This document shows, in pieces, positions 54,142 to 64,000 of a DNA stretch of 64,000 nt (positions within the stretch are counted from its first letter, which is position 1; each line of letters starts with the position of its first letter). The notes under the pieces were generated by a model. The model was not told the origin of the DNA. It searched no databases and worked only from the letters and a program-made list of their open reading frames with translations. The DNA comes from Thecamonas trahens ATCC 50062. Its lineage: Eukaryota > Protista > Apusomonadida. Made by a program: the position numbers and the translations under genes. Location: contig NW_013657678.1 of NCBI RefSeq assembly GCF_000142905.1, positions 372,001-436,000 on the forward strand, given 5' to 3'.

Positions 54142-54277
54142 TTTGATCAATCTCGCTCACGTTGTCGGGAGGGGTGGCGGTGGTCGGCTTGACCCAGCTG
54201 ACCGCCACGATGCCCCCCTCCCCTCCTTCCTCCTTCCGCCTCCCACACAGCGCCACACTCCACCCCACCCCCTCCAC

Positions 54278-57200
54278 ATGCTCTCATTCGCCTCCCTTCC
54301 GGCCCTTCTCCAATTCCTTAGCGCATGTAGGGCGTCACCGCAGGCGCGGGCACGTGCGCTGGCAGTGGCCGGACTGACTGGGGGTGATGCAGAGCTGCCG
54401 GCTGCCCTGCTCGAGCTGTACGAGGCTGCGTCCAACGAGACTGTCAAGGTTGTGCTGCTGGCGTTTCTTGGCGAAGTCGGTGTCTTGCTCTATCCAGAGC
54501 CAGACGCGTTGCGGACAGAGGGCCCGCGGCTGCTGCTACAGGGACTCATGGCCGGCCTCACAGAGCCCGGCTCGGAGCTCTCGGTCTTGCTGCGGAGCTC
54601 GCTGCTCTCTGCGCTGGCCACACTGCTGCTGAGCATGAATGCAGTTGCCCATGCGCCAGACATGGTCGACTCGCTCGTCTGCCTCCTCCTCGACAACATC
54701 GCCACCGTCAACGCAGGCTCGGATCTCCTGCGCGAGGCCATGTGCGAAGCTCTGCTCCAGCTCGAAGCTGCCGCGCCAGGCCTACTGGCTCCCAAGCTGC
54801 CAGCGCTGGCTTCGCTGGCCCAGGCCGAGGCCGGACCGGCCTGTCAGGCCTACATGCGCCTGGTGGCCCTCGTACTCGACAACGTCCTCACAGCTTTTGT
54901 CCACCTCCATCCGGGCGACGACGTGAGCTCGACCCACTCGGACGCGTCGGTCCTCGACGGAGCGCTAGCACTTGCTCTTTCCCAGCCAGCTGGCCCTGTC
55001 ATCCCGGACATGTCGTACTCGCTCCCGCTTCCGGTCGTTAATGCTGCGCTGGCCGCCTCGGTCGCCTCGGGCTTGGTCCGCATGCCGCACCCGCTCTCTG
55101 AGCGACACGCGCGCGACGTCCGCACCCTCATCACCCTCTTATTTGACTCGCTGCGTTTTCTCAGTCCACTCGCGGTCCACGACGTGCTCATGGCTGTGGC
55201 CTCAGTCCTCGCCTCGTCCGGCCTCCCACATTCGCTGCTCAAGCTACCCGCCGCCAAGCTCCTCGCCTCGTCGCACATTGTCTCGCTTCACACGATACTC
55301 TGCCTCGTTCGCACTGCCCCATGGCAGGCCTTTCTCTCGCGAGCCGACGTTGAGGTCACGCTTGTTGCCCGGCTCACTGCGCTAGTCAACGGCCTTGCCT
55401 CCCCGCTCGCCCATCGGCTCCTCGCCCTCCACTGGCTCTTGTCGCTGGCTTCGACTGTGGGCCTCCATTTGGACGCGCTCTTACCTGCTCTCATGCCATC
55501 GGCGCTTGATCCACTCGAACTTGTTCATGCCAAGCTTGTGGCGCTCCCGCGACTCATCCCGCTTGCGGGCCTCGATCTCGGCGGCGGAGCGTTCCTCTGG
55601 CCGCACGCCGCGCTGGCAGCGCTTACAGCACTCGACGACTTTATGTACTGCGAGCCCAGCTCGCGCCTCGCCGCCATCTGGTTCGACGTACTCACTGCAC
55701 TCTGGCGGGCGTATCCTCCGCTCCGCCGTTCGCTGCGCAACGCCTCGTTTGCGCTTGTCGCCGCCGCGCCACGCTTCATCCCGGCGCTCCTGGCCTGGAT
55801 CCATGTCCTCGCAGCGCTGCCCGTCGACGCTTCGGAGTATTCGGCGACTTGGCTCATGGACGAGTATGCGAGCATGCTCGGTGAGGCGTGGCGGGTGCTG
55901 GCAGCCTCGCCGCTGGCAGCCGGCGGTCCTGCTGGCCACGTTGCCCCAGTGCTCCGGGGCCTCGCGCTCGGCGGCCTAGTCCCGTACTTGCCGCTTGTCG
56001 AAGTTATGGCCTCTCAGACTCGCATCGCACCGAGACCGCTCATCTCGGCGCTGGCAGGCTACGTTCGGCTGGCTCTCGGGAAGAGCTCGGCACTGCCGCC
56101 CGCAGACTGGCGGACAGGAATGGTCATTCTCGACATTGCCAACGTCTTCATGCTCGTCCATCCACTCGCGCTCTTGCTCAAGCCACTCGGAGCCCTCCTT
56201 ACTCTCCTCCGCATTCACTACCCGGAAATTGTCGTCCGTGACCGTGCCGAGCTCCTCTTCCGTCTCCTCACCCATGCCCCGGCCGACAAGCTGCACCTCC
56301 TGTGCGACGACGCTACTGTCCTGCACGATCCGATCGCCACCATGCTGACTGCCATCGACAAGGCAAACGAGGCCTCGCGCGCGGCAGCAGGGACCAGCCC
56401 GGGCCTCCGCCCGCGCTCGCGCTCGCGTTCAGACTCGCTCTCAGCCTCGCGAATGCGCTCACGCTCGCGTTCAGACTCGCTCTCGGCCCATCTCGATGCC
56501 CACGATCCAGTCGACGAGCTATATGCCGCCCCCCCTGGCTTCCTTGCCCTCCAGCGTGCTGCGCGGCTGCGTACGGCTCCCGCTGCAAACGCGGAGCTCG
56601 CTTCCCCGCCCCCCAGCCCAGACCAGCCTCTCCTCACCGTCGCCGCCTACCTCGACTCGCTCGGCGACGCCGCTCACTCCCTCGACCTACACTTTCGGGT
56701 CCAGTATCAGGACGAGGACACGCTGGCCGTACTGGCGGCCACACCGCGGCCGACTGACGACTCGGGCGTAGTCCGACCATCGCGGCCGATCCCATCGTCG
56801 TTGTTTGGACTTGTGTTGCGGTTCAAGACGCCGCCAGCGCTCGGCACCGCCGCCGAGGCGACGGTACCGTACCTGGTCCGTGCTGGCGACGCAGCCGCCA
56901 CGTCTGCGCTTGTCACCGTCGCACTCACCCCGCGCCGCCCACTCCCGTGTCTTGTCGAGGTCGACATGATTTACACTGATCAGTCGGGCTTTGCGGCTGC
57001 GGCCGACCTCGGCATGGTCAAGGTCGAGGTGGAGGACCTGTTCCTCGCGCCGCCGTGCCTTCCTCTGGCGCTTCTCGCCCCGCTCTGGGACGAGCTGTGG
57101 CAGAGCCTTGCCGGCGTCCACGACTCGATCCGAGTCTCACCGCAGCATGGGCTACTCGCACGGTATCTGGCAGGAGCTGTTGGCGCTGGGCTGGTCGTTG

Positions 57201-57412
57201 ATGCATCCCGCTCGCTCGTGTTTGTTCCGCCGCGGCACCACGTTGTCTTCTTTGACGCCGCTGGCGGCAGCGCTGATGTGGATGCAACGAGTGGCGGTGA
57301 CACACCGGGTCATGCCGACACAGGCTCGGTTGTCCACATCCGCACTGACGAGTGGTCGCTTCTTGCGCACCTCGACGAGTGGCTCGACCGGGCCCTCAAG
57401 AGCCAGTCATGA
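54278..57412 (+). CDS. AP5B1: AP-5 adaptor complex subunit beta-1
   Basis: Helical solenoid with LREAMCEALLQLEAAAPGLL, VRDRAELLFRLL and C-terminal FVPPRHHV / IRTDEWSLL, all recalled as AP5B1 features. ATG 54278 is divergent from the RluA gene. Confidence 0.8.
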   Translation: MLSFASLPALLQFLSACRASPQARARALAVAGLTGGDAELPAALLELYEAASNETVKVVLLAFLGEVGVLLYPEPDALRTEGPRLLLQGLMAGLTEPGSELSVLLRSSLLSALATLLLSMNAVAHAPDMVDSLVCLLLDNIATVNAGSDLLREAMCEALLQLEAAAPGLLAPKLPALASLAQAEAGPACQAYMRLVALVLDNVLTAFVHLHPGDDVSSTHSDASVLDGALALALSQPAGPVIPDMSYSLPLPVVNAALAASVASGLVRMPHPLSERHARDVRTLITLLFDSLRFLSPLAVHDVLMAVASVLASSGLPHSLLKLPAAKLLASSHIVSLHTILCLVRTAPWQAFLSRADVEVTLVARLTALVNGLASPLAHRLLALHWLLSLASTVGLHLDALLPALMPSALDPLELVHAKLVALPRLIPLAGLDLGGGAFLWPHAALAALTALDDFMYCEPSSRLAAIWFDVLTALWRAYPPLRRSLRNASFALVAAAPRFIPALLAWIHVLAALPVDASEYSATWLMDEYASMLGEAWRVLAASPLAAGGPAGHVAPVLRGLALGGLVPYLPLVEVMASQTRIAPRPLISALAGYVRLALGKSSALPPADWRTGMVILDIANVFMLVHPLALLLKPLGALLTLLRIHYPEIVVRDRAELLFRLLTHAPADKLHLLCDDATVLHDPIATMLTAIDKANEASRAAAGTSPGLRPRSRSRSDSLSASRMRSRSRSDSLSAHLDAHDPVDELYAAPPGFLALQRAARLRTAPAANAELASPPPSPDQPLLTVAAYLDSLGDAAHSLDLHFRVQYQDEDTLAVLAATPRPTDDSGVVRPSRPIPSSLFGLVLRFKTPPALGTAAEATVPYLVRAGDAAATSALVTVALTPRRPLPCLVEVDMIYTDQSGFAAAADLGMVKVEVEDLFLAPPCLPLALLAPLWDELWQSLAGVHDSIRVSPQHGLLARYLAGAVGAGLVVDASRSLVFVPPRHHVVFFDAAGGSADVDATSGGDTPGHADTGSVVHIRTDEWSLLAHLDEWLDRALKSQS

Positions 57413-58817
57413 CCGCCACAGCGGCGTCATCGCTCGCCTTGGCGTCGTCATCTTTCGAGTTGGGCGAAAAGTCAATGATGCGGATGGCTGACTCGTCGCC
57501 AGTGGTCACAATCTTCATGTCGTCAAAGTAGACCCGGCGGACAGCGCCAGCGTGGATGGAAATGGTGAAGAGCAGCGGGTAGTCGGGCCCGAGCTGCCAG
57601 ACGGAAACAGAGCCTGAGGCCGAGGCCACGACCAAGCGGACGTCGTCAAAGACCAAATCGGTGATGATGCCAAAGTCTGGCGCCGTGTGAATGACCGTCA
57701 TGGCCAGCGTGTGCATGTCGAAGGCGACCAGGCCGCCACTAGAGTCACCGGTGATGATGCGCTCGTCGTCAAACTCGACAATCGACGCGTTGAGCCGCGG
57801 CCGGCGCGCAGAGCGCAGCAAGTCGCCGGTCTCAAGGTCCAAGACCGAGACGGTCTCGGATGCACCAACAAGATACACGTCGTTGAGCGCGAGATCATGG
57901 TGGACAAGCCGGAGTGTCGACGTGTGCTCGCCGGACGCCAATGAGTAGATCTTGACTGACGACTGGAACGGCGATGACTTGACAAGCTTGGACGAGCCAA
58001 AGTACACACCCTCAGCCGTCCACCCGTTCGCGTCCTCAAAGGCATGCACAAGCTCGCCGCTCTCCATGTCCCACACCCGGAGGTACGTCCGCGCAATGCC
58101 GGCCACTAGCGAGCCGTGCTTGTACGGAAAGAACATGAACCACTTGAACCGTGACCGCGCGCCTGAGAGCGAGAGCACGCTCTGGACATGGCACGCATCC
58201 ATGGCACTAGTTTCGTACGCCGAAGAGAGCAACTCGCCGAGATCGCTGTCCTCGGGCTCGGACGGTCCATCAGGTAGAGGGAGGGGAGCAGAAACCACGG
58301 CCGCCGCCAGCTCCTTGGCGCGCGCCACCCGGCGCTCAAACATTGATGGACCGGCGTTGGCATCGCGGTCGTGGCCCTGTGGTGGAGCATTGGCAATGTC
58401 CCAGATGTGCAGAGCATCGTCCCACCGCGAGGTCGTCGACACAATGGTGCCATTGACCGAGAGATCGGCGACGACCTCGGGCGTCTTGACCTCACGGACG
58501 GTAAACTCGCCCTTTGACCAGTTGAACTGGGCCCGATATGCATCACGCCACCGCCACAAATCCAGCGAGAGCCTTGTTGGACAGTGTGCATACAGTGAGC
58601 CACCCTGAGCTTGTAACCGCTCGAACCGCTGCTCCTGGAATCGTAAATACAGATACTTCCACAGCACGGTGTCGCCCGTCAGCCGGTGCCACCGCCGGCA
58701 TACGCTCGCCGCCTTGCACACATCAACCGTCGGCAAGAACTTGAACACGTGTAGTACAAGCTCATCCGGAAGGTAGTCAAACAAGTCTTCGTCTGCCAAC
58801 ATGGTCATCATTGCCAT
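57396..58817 (-). CDS. F-box / WD40-repeat protein
   Basis: F-box LPDELVLHVFKFL..VCRRW..LW; degenerate WD repeats (LRVWD, FDDERIITG, FDDMKIVTTG). Confidence 0.9.
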   Translation of the reverse strand: MAMMTMLADEDLFDYLPDELVLHVFKFLPTVDVCKAASVCRRWHRLTGDTVLWKYLYLRFQEQRFERLQAQGGSLYAHCPTRLSLDLWRWRDAYRAQFNWSKGEFTVREVKTPEVVADLSVNGTIVSTTSRWDDALHIWDIANAPPQGHDRDANAGPSMFERRVARAKELAAAVVSAPLPLPDGPSEPEDSDLGELLSSAYETSAMDACHVQSVLSLSGARSRFKWFMFFPYKHGSLVAGIARTYLRVWDMESGELVHAFEDANGWTAEGVYFGSSKLVKSSPFQSSVKIYSLASGEHTSTLRLVHHDLALNDVYLVGASETVSVLDLETGDLLRSARRPRLNASIVEFDDERIITGDSSGGLVAFDMHTLAMTVIHTAPDFGIITDLVFDDVRLVVASASGSVSVWQLGPDYPLLFTISIHAGAVRRVYFDDMKIVTTGDESAIRIIDFSPNSKDDDAKASDDAAVAVMTGS

Positions 58818-59265
58818 GCCCTCCACCTCAGAGCGGGGGTGGGGGAGGGGAGGTGGGGGAGGGGAGGTGGGGGTGGGGGGGGGGGGTGGGGGTGGGGGAG
58901 AGGGGCGAGAGCGAAGAGGGTGAACGAGGAGAGCGCGATAAGGGGACTATGGGTGGCGACGAGAAGGGTGGGTGGGTGGGTGGGTGGGCGGTGGGGGGAA
59001 GATACAGAGACAGAGAGAGTTGCCCCCCCCCCCCCCCCCCTTTCTTCGTCGTCACCCTCTCGTCCAAAACACGGCTCAGCAAGCAACCAGCACGCGTGTG
59101 CCCCACCATTTGGGCAAAGTCCAGCCCGAATGATGAACGGTGGGCGATGAGCGGCACCCGGAGCTGCCCTCCCCTCCTCCCTCCCCTCCCCCCTCCCTCC
59201 CCCCTCCCCCACCCCCACCTCTCGGCCCCCTCCACGCCTCTCTCTACATCACCTTCCTCCCTGCG

Positions 59266-61211
59266 ATGCTTGGACGACGCGTGCTACAGAGTGCCCGGCC
59301 ACTGGCCAAGCCTTCAATGGCTGCTCTTGCCCGTGCATATGCCAAGCCAGTTGCTTCTGCGGGAAAGGGGTACGTTTGTCATGCCCATACCCGTCGTCGG
59401 TGGCCGAGTCGTGAGCCGCGCGAGTCACCAAAAAATGGCCACCAGCCAGAGAGCCGACCACTGTGACGGGGGCGGAAGGAAGGAGAGGGAGGAGGGGCAT
59501 GCCGGAGGCTAGCCCGCCGAGGGTGACTCACAGAGTAGATGGCGGGTGTGGTGTGCTGGGTGAGAATAGCTCGGGGAAGTCTTCTGGTTCTTCTGCCGCC
59601 GCAAAGGGCGCTGCGCCCGAAGCCGCCAAGCCGCCGCCGCCGCCGTCGGGCTCAGCGGCCTCGGGCCCTTCGGCCGCCACGTACATGCTCGTGGTGGGGT
59701 TGAGTGGCCTGGCCGGTGCCTCAGGCTGGGTCTGGTCCAAGGCCCACGGTGATGACGCCTTCAACGACCGGCTCCACCGCGAGTGGCCGACCATCGGCGC
59801 AATCCTCGGCGCCTCAAACGGCGCTGCCGCTGACGCTGCCCTGACCAAGCCGCTGTCGACCCCGCTCCCGCCGCCCTTTGTGGCACCGGAAGCCTCTGCT
59901 GCAATTGGCAGCGATCAGCCGGCGGGTACCTCACCCTCTGCTCCCACCGACGCTGCTGCTTCCGCGCCCGCCGCCGATGCTGCCGCCGACGCCCACAAGC
60001 GCAAGGCCACCCGCATTGCGCATCAGTTTGACCCGCCGGCCAAGCACGCCGGAAAGGCGAGCAAGAAGAAGGCAAGCAAGAGCCACGGCAGCGCCACGGC
60101 TTACGACGGGCGGCTAGAGACGCTGCTGGCCACGCCCGACGACGCGCTCTCGCTCGAGGACCGTCTCCACAAGCAGGCCGAGATCATCCGCCGCGAGAAG
60201 GAGCAGATTGCTGCCCTACAGACCGTCATCGAGCAGCAGGCGCTAGCCCAGGAGGAGCGAATCCGCGAGCGGGTTGATGACGCCATTCGCCGCAAGGAGG
60301 ACATTGACGCCAAGGCCTTTGACGAGGTTGTTCGCCTCCAGGAGCAGAAGCACGCTCTTGAGCTCGAGGAGGAGCGTGCCCGCCTCGCCACCATCCACAA
60401 GCTCACTCTCGAGCAGAAGGAGGAGAAGCTGCGCGAGCTCGCGCAGCAAAAGGCGCACCTGGCGGCAGAGAAGGCTGCCCAGGACGCTCGGCTGCAGGAG
60501 CTCACCGCGGCGTGGGAAGAGGAGCTTGCCGAGCAGCGCGTCCTGCTCGAAAAGTCGTACGGCCGCGAGCGCGAAGACCGTCTCGCCAAGATTGCCACCA
60601 TCGAGCACAAGCTGACCAACGTCGAGAAGGCCGCCAGCGCCCTCGCCCAGTTCAAGTCGTTCTCCGCCCTCGTCCACACTCTCTCGGCAGACACCTTTGG
60701 CCTCACCAAGGTCCTTCTCGAGTCGCAGCCGTTTGACGACGCCCTCGACCAGCTCCGCCGGACCGCCCTCAACGGCGGCGAGTCGGTCATTGTCCTCGCC
60801 ATCGACGCCATCCCGCCCGCTCTCGCTCGCGAGGGCATCCCCACCTACAAGCACCTCTGCGACCGTTTCGAGGAGGTCCGCAAGCGCGTCCGCCGCGTTG
60901 GCCTTGTTCCCTTCAACGGCGGACTCGGCGCTCACATGCTCTCCTACCTCCACGCAACCCTCACCTTCCCCAAGGAGGGCCGCGTCGCCGGCGACGACGT
61001 TGACGCCGTCCTTGCCCGCGCCCACGCCTGCCTCTTTGCCGAGGACCTGCCCGGCGCCGTCGCGGAGCTCGAGTCACTGCCGTCCGCAGAGTGGCCTGCC
61101 CGCCTCGTCGCTTCCTGGATCGCTGAGGCCCGCGACCGTCTCCTCGCCGAGCAGTCGCTTCAGGTGGTCCAGTCCGAAGTTGCCGCCATGGCTGCCTCGC
61201 TCACAGAATGA
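59266..61211 (+). CDS. MIC60: mitofilin / MICOS subunit MIC60; exon 1 59266-59369, exon 2 from ~59570
   Basis: Exon 1 is a mitochondrial presequence-like segment (MLGRRVLQSARPLAK), with a GTACGT donor at 59370 and an in-phase AG at 59569 (alternative 59533). Then TM, long coiled coil and mitofilin domain (EGIPT..L..RF, DVDAVLARA..DL..AVAEL, WIAEAR). Confidence 0.9.
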
Positions 61212-61275
61212 ACTTGTCTGTCTACCAATGTCAGAGTCTTTACCCCTGCACGTCGGCTTCCCCGCGCGTGGCTAG

Positions 61276-62841
61276 CTAGCTCTCGTCCCATGCAACTGCC
61301 CGGATGCGCCCGCCCTCGGGTGAGCCGTCATCAAACGCCACGCTCACAACATATCGCTGGAGCGTCACTTGCTCCGATGCAATCATCCGGTCATACGGGT
61401 CCACCACGTAGCTCGCCGGCTTTTTCCAGTTGTACTTGACTCGCTTGGAGCTCTGCGCGTAGACCTTGGCCACCAATGGTGTCTCCAGCTCGAGCACTTC
61501 GCCGACCGCCGGCCCGAGCGAGAGGTGGACAAAGGCAAAAAGCATCTTGCGCTCGCCTTTGCTGCTCAACTCGTCGAGTCCAAGCTCTGCGTCGAGTGCC
61601 GGCGGCCAGTCGGCATGGACGCGGAGGTACCGCCCATCCGGCGACGGCTCGCTCTTGACAATCGGTAGCGGCGCGCCCGAGTGCGCTACCGGCGACGTCG
61701 AGATGTACACAGCAAGCACGTCCGAGACAAACACCGCGTCGGAGCCCATGCCTCGCTCTGCAATGTGAAGTACAAGCTGCCGCGGCCATCCGCGGCGCAG
61801 CACTAGATGCTTGCCCGATGCCTTGGTCTTCCACGCTACCCGCTCGTACCTGGGCGGCACCGCTCGCGTCATCTCGTGCACCGTCGCCTTGAACGCCACA
61901 AACATGTGCACATCGTTTGGTCGCAGCGCTGAACTCGCTCCAGGCTCGTTCGGCAACTCTGCTGCAAGCACCACGTCGGGCGTGACTCCCACAACTCGGG
62001 TATGTGGCGTCGTCACGTACGCACCGGTCCGATTAGACCATCGCGTTGCCTCAGCCTCAAAGCCTCCAGGTGTGCCCACGCCACCAGGCGCCCCATCCGA
62101 GCCCTGTCCGCCACTGGGTGACGACGATTGTGCACGTAATGCAGCCATCCGCATGCTGGTCTCGACCAGAGCCTCGGCATCACCACCGGGCGACTGCGAC
62201 CGCGGGCGTTGCCCGCCTCGTTCCGTCTCGACTCGCCACATACCCGGCGAGCTCGGAACTGCGGCGATCGGTGACGCTGGCGCCATTTGAGGTGCTTGCC
62301 GCACAGGCGCCATCGCTGGCTCGATCAGAGGCTCCGACTCGGGCTCGGGCTCGACTGACGAGCGCGCTGCGGCCGCAGCAGCCTCGCGCGCCGCCCGCCG
62401 TGCCGCCATCACTGCCGCCACCCGCGTCTGCGAGCCACTCGCATCCGCCAGCGCCACCGGCGGCGGTGAAAGAGCGACCGTTCCAGGCCCGACTGGCCGG
62501 CCAATGCACATTGCCGCCTCTGGAGGTGGGACAGAGGCCGTCACGGCCGGCGGCGCCTCTTCCCGCACCGTGCCACGTTCCGCGCCGGCGCGGAGGGCGG
62601 GAGGCGGAAGCGAGCTTGCTGGTCGGGAGCGGAACTCTGTACCGCCACGACCAACACTCCGTGCAGGAGGTAGCGCCGACGAGGCGCGGGCGTACTCACG
62701 GAGCGAGAGGTTCCACAACTCGCGCTGTTGCTCATGCCGGGCGCGCCGGGCACGGATGCGGGCCTCCAGGCTCTCCAGTTCAGCAGAGAGCGCCCGCTGC
62801 GGGCTCGACGAACCATGGACCCGCGCTTCCAGGGACGACAT
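61276..62841 (-). CDS. hypothetical protein: N-terminal coiled coil, disordered linker, C-terminal DUF3694-like domain (start could be 63012)
   Basis: TVHEM...YERV...LVLRRGWPRQLVLHI...ADW...LDELSSKGER resembles the kinesin-3 tail domain DUF3694. Confidence 0.65.
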   Translation of the reverse strand: MSSLEARVHGSSSPQRALSAELESLEARIRARRARHEQQRELWNLSLREYARASSALPPARSVGRGGTEFRSRPASSLPPPALRAGAERGTVREEAPPAVTASVPPPEAAMCIGRPVGPGTVALSPPPVALADASGSQTRVAAVMAARRAAREAAAAAARSSVEPEPESEPLIEPAMAPVRQAPQMAPASPIAAVPSSPGMWRVETERGGQRPRSQSPGGDAEALVETSMRMAALRAQSSSPSGGQGSDGAPGGVGTPGGFEAEATRWSNRTGAYVTTPHTRVVGVTPDVVLAAELPNEPGASSALRPNDVHMFVAFKATVHEMTRAVPPRYERVAWKTKASGKHLVLRRGWPRQLVLHIAERGMGSDAVFVSDVLAVYISTSPVAHSGAPLPIVKSEPSPDGRYLRVHADWPPALDAELGLDELSSKGERKMLFAFVHLSLGPAVGEVLELETPLVAKVYAQSSKRVKYNWKKPASYVVDPYDRMIASEQVTLQRYVVSVAFDDGSPEGGRIRAVAWDES

Positions 62842-63070
62842 GACCTCGTGTAGCTCACTCTCTATCCTCTTTGGAGAAGAGTGGTCGTGGCTGTGACTGT
62901 GACTGTGACAAAGGCAATGATGCCGACAGCGAGATGCCGGACGTTTGCAGCTCAACGGACTATGCGCTCGAGCGGCCGGCCGTGACCAAGACGACCGGCT
63001 CGGCGTCATCATTGCCCGATGACTCGTGTGTACTAACTCCGCAGAGGCACTGAAGGCTTTGGAAGAGGGA

Positions 63071-64000
63071 CTACTCTTCGCTTGATGGCAACTGCATGTC
63101 GTTGGCTGCAGACGGTGAGAGTGAGGCGCGGAGGAGAGCAAGCTCAATGTCGTCGGAAAAGTCCGAGGTTGACGAGAGGTTCTCCACAAGGCGGATGTAG
63201 GTGGCCGGGACGTCAGGCAGCGGTCCGGGCGGGCTCTGGCGGAGCTTGATCCAGGTCTTGGCGGTGATAGAGCACATAATGATAATGGCGCCGACGATGG
63301 ACCACGGGAGCGGGCGGTCGTGGAGGATGATGATCTGCCAGATAAAGGCAAAGACGACATCGAGCAGTCGGATGACCGAGGCCGTGCCGGCAGCAGTGCT
63401 CTGGACGCCCAGATTGATGAGTGACTGGCCGGTAAAGCCGCAAATGCCAATGCCAATAGAGCCGAGCCACTCGCTGGCACCATGCGGTGCGCGCAGCTCG
63501 CCTTGGCCAAGCGCGATGAGCGGCGGGACGATCACGCCCACAACGGCCATGTAAAAGGTGAGGATCTGGTAGTTGGCCGACTTGCCCACAATCCGGATAC
63601 ACACGTACGAGCCGGCCGAGCACCACGCGCCAAAGAGCGCCAGGCCGATCGCAAGCCACCGCTGGCCAGAGGTGACCGACGCATCGCTCGCCGCGCCCGA
63701 CGACGAGCCAAAGATGGCTACCGGCTGGGCCACACACACCACGCCGACCATGGCCACCAGCGAGATGGCCAGGTCGAGCGCCGTAAACCGCTCGCCTAGC
63801 ACAATCCGCGCCGCCACGCCGGCAAAGACCGCTGACGAGAAGAACAGCGCCTGCGAGTCACCCAGAGGAAGGTATTGCATGGCAAAGTAGATGGCCGAAA
63901 CGCCCGAGATGCCAAAGACGCCGCGCATGACCAGCACGATCTTGCGCTTGAGTGGCCACTCGGCCTTGTACGGCGAAATGGCATGGTACCACAGATAGAA
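63071..64000 (-). CDS. EamA/DMT superfamily transporter (SLC35G-like), 5' truncated
   Basis: RGVFG..YFAMQYLPLGD, ARIVLGE, YVCIRIVG, GQSLINLG, VVFAFIWQ. Frame is open to the window end. Confidence 0.9.
   Translation of the reverse strand, partial: FYLWYHAISPYKAEWPLKRKIVLVMRGVFGISGVSAIYFAMQYLPLGDSQALFFSSAVFAGVAARIVLGERFTALDLAISLVAMVGVVCVAQPVAIFGSSSGAASDASVTSGQRWLAIGLALFGAWCSAGSYVCIRIVGKSANYQILTFYMAVVGVIVPPLIALGQGELRAPHGASEWLGSIGIGICGFTGQSLINLGVQSTAAGTASVIRLLDVVFAFIWQIIILHDRPLPWSIVGAIIIMCSITAKTWIKLRQSPPGPLPDVPATYIRLVENLSSTSDFSDDIELALLRASLSPSAANDMQLPSSEE

Noticed and set aside
53762-54277. N-terminal extension of the 1216-aa ORF
   Set aside because: It is the antisense of the RluA gene plus intergenic DNA. 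AP5B1-like sequence begins at ATG 54278.
62842-63510. N-terminal extension of the 744-aa ORF 61276..63510
   Set aside because: Much of it overlaps the EamA gene out of frame and it is low-complexity. The real start is more likely 62841 or 63012.
1-64000. Prophage, transposon or bacterial contamination explaining the bacterial-type domains
   Set aside because: No transposase, integrase or capsid motifs. These genes share codon style with, and are interleaved among, intron-containing eukaryotic genes.

Overview
GC-rich, gene-dense, intron-poor eukaryotic (protist) nuclear DNA. The style resembles an apusomonad such as Thecamonas trahens, which is an inference. There are about 24 protein-coding genes and no rRNA, tRNA, CRISPR array or transposon that I can support. 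Recognisable housekeeping genes are CARNMT1, a PPT-family thioesterase, MTMR14, RPL34 (3 exons), DED1/DDX3 (intron directly after the ATG), CANT1 apyrase, BRX1, an RluA-family pseudouridine synthase, AP5B1, an F-box/WD40 protein, MIC60 and an EamA/DMT transporter. The most striking content is a pair of paralogous giant type I membrane proteins (~2760 aa at 4912-13198 +; ~3890 aa at 34541-46199 -). Each has a bacterial-type GH114/PelA(GH166)-like TIM barrel, CARDB domains, Cys-rich EEGVDCG repeats, 3 or 8 copies of a ~200-aa module I cannot name, extensin-like linkers and a poly-Cys transmembrane anchor; they are candidate cell-surface biofilm-polysaccharide degraders. Other unusual items are a kinase-pseudocyclase-pseudokinase receptor head-to-head with a stand-alone MHYT sensor, TRM13-type zinc fingers fused to RluA, and a motorless DUF3694-like protein. 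Seven reading-frame breaks are all 'one base missing', probably sequencing errors. A 560-bp tandem duplication lies near a 100-N gap. All domain calls are by-eye motif recognition, not database results.
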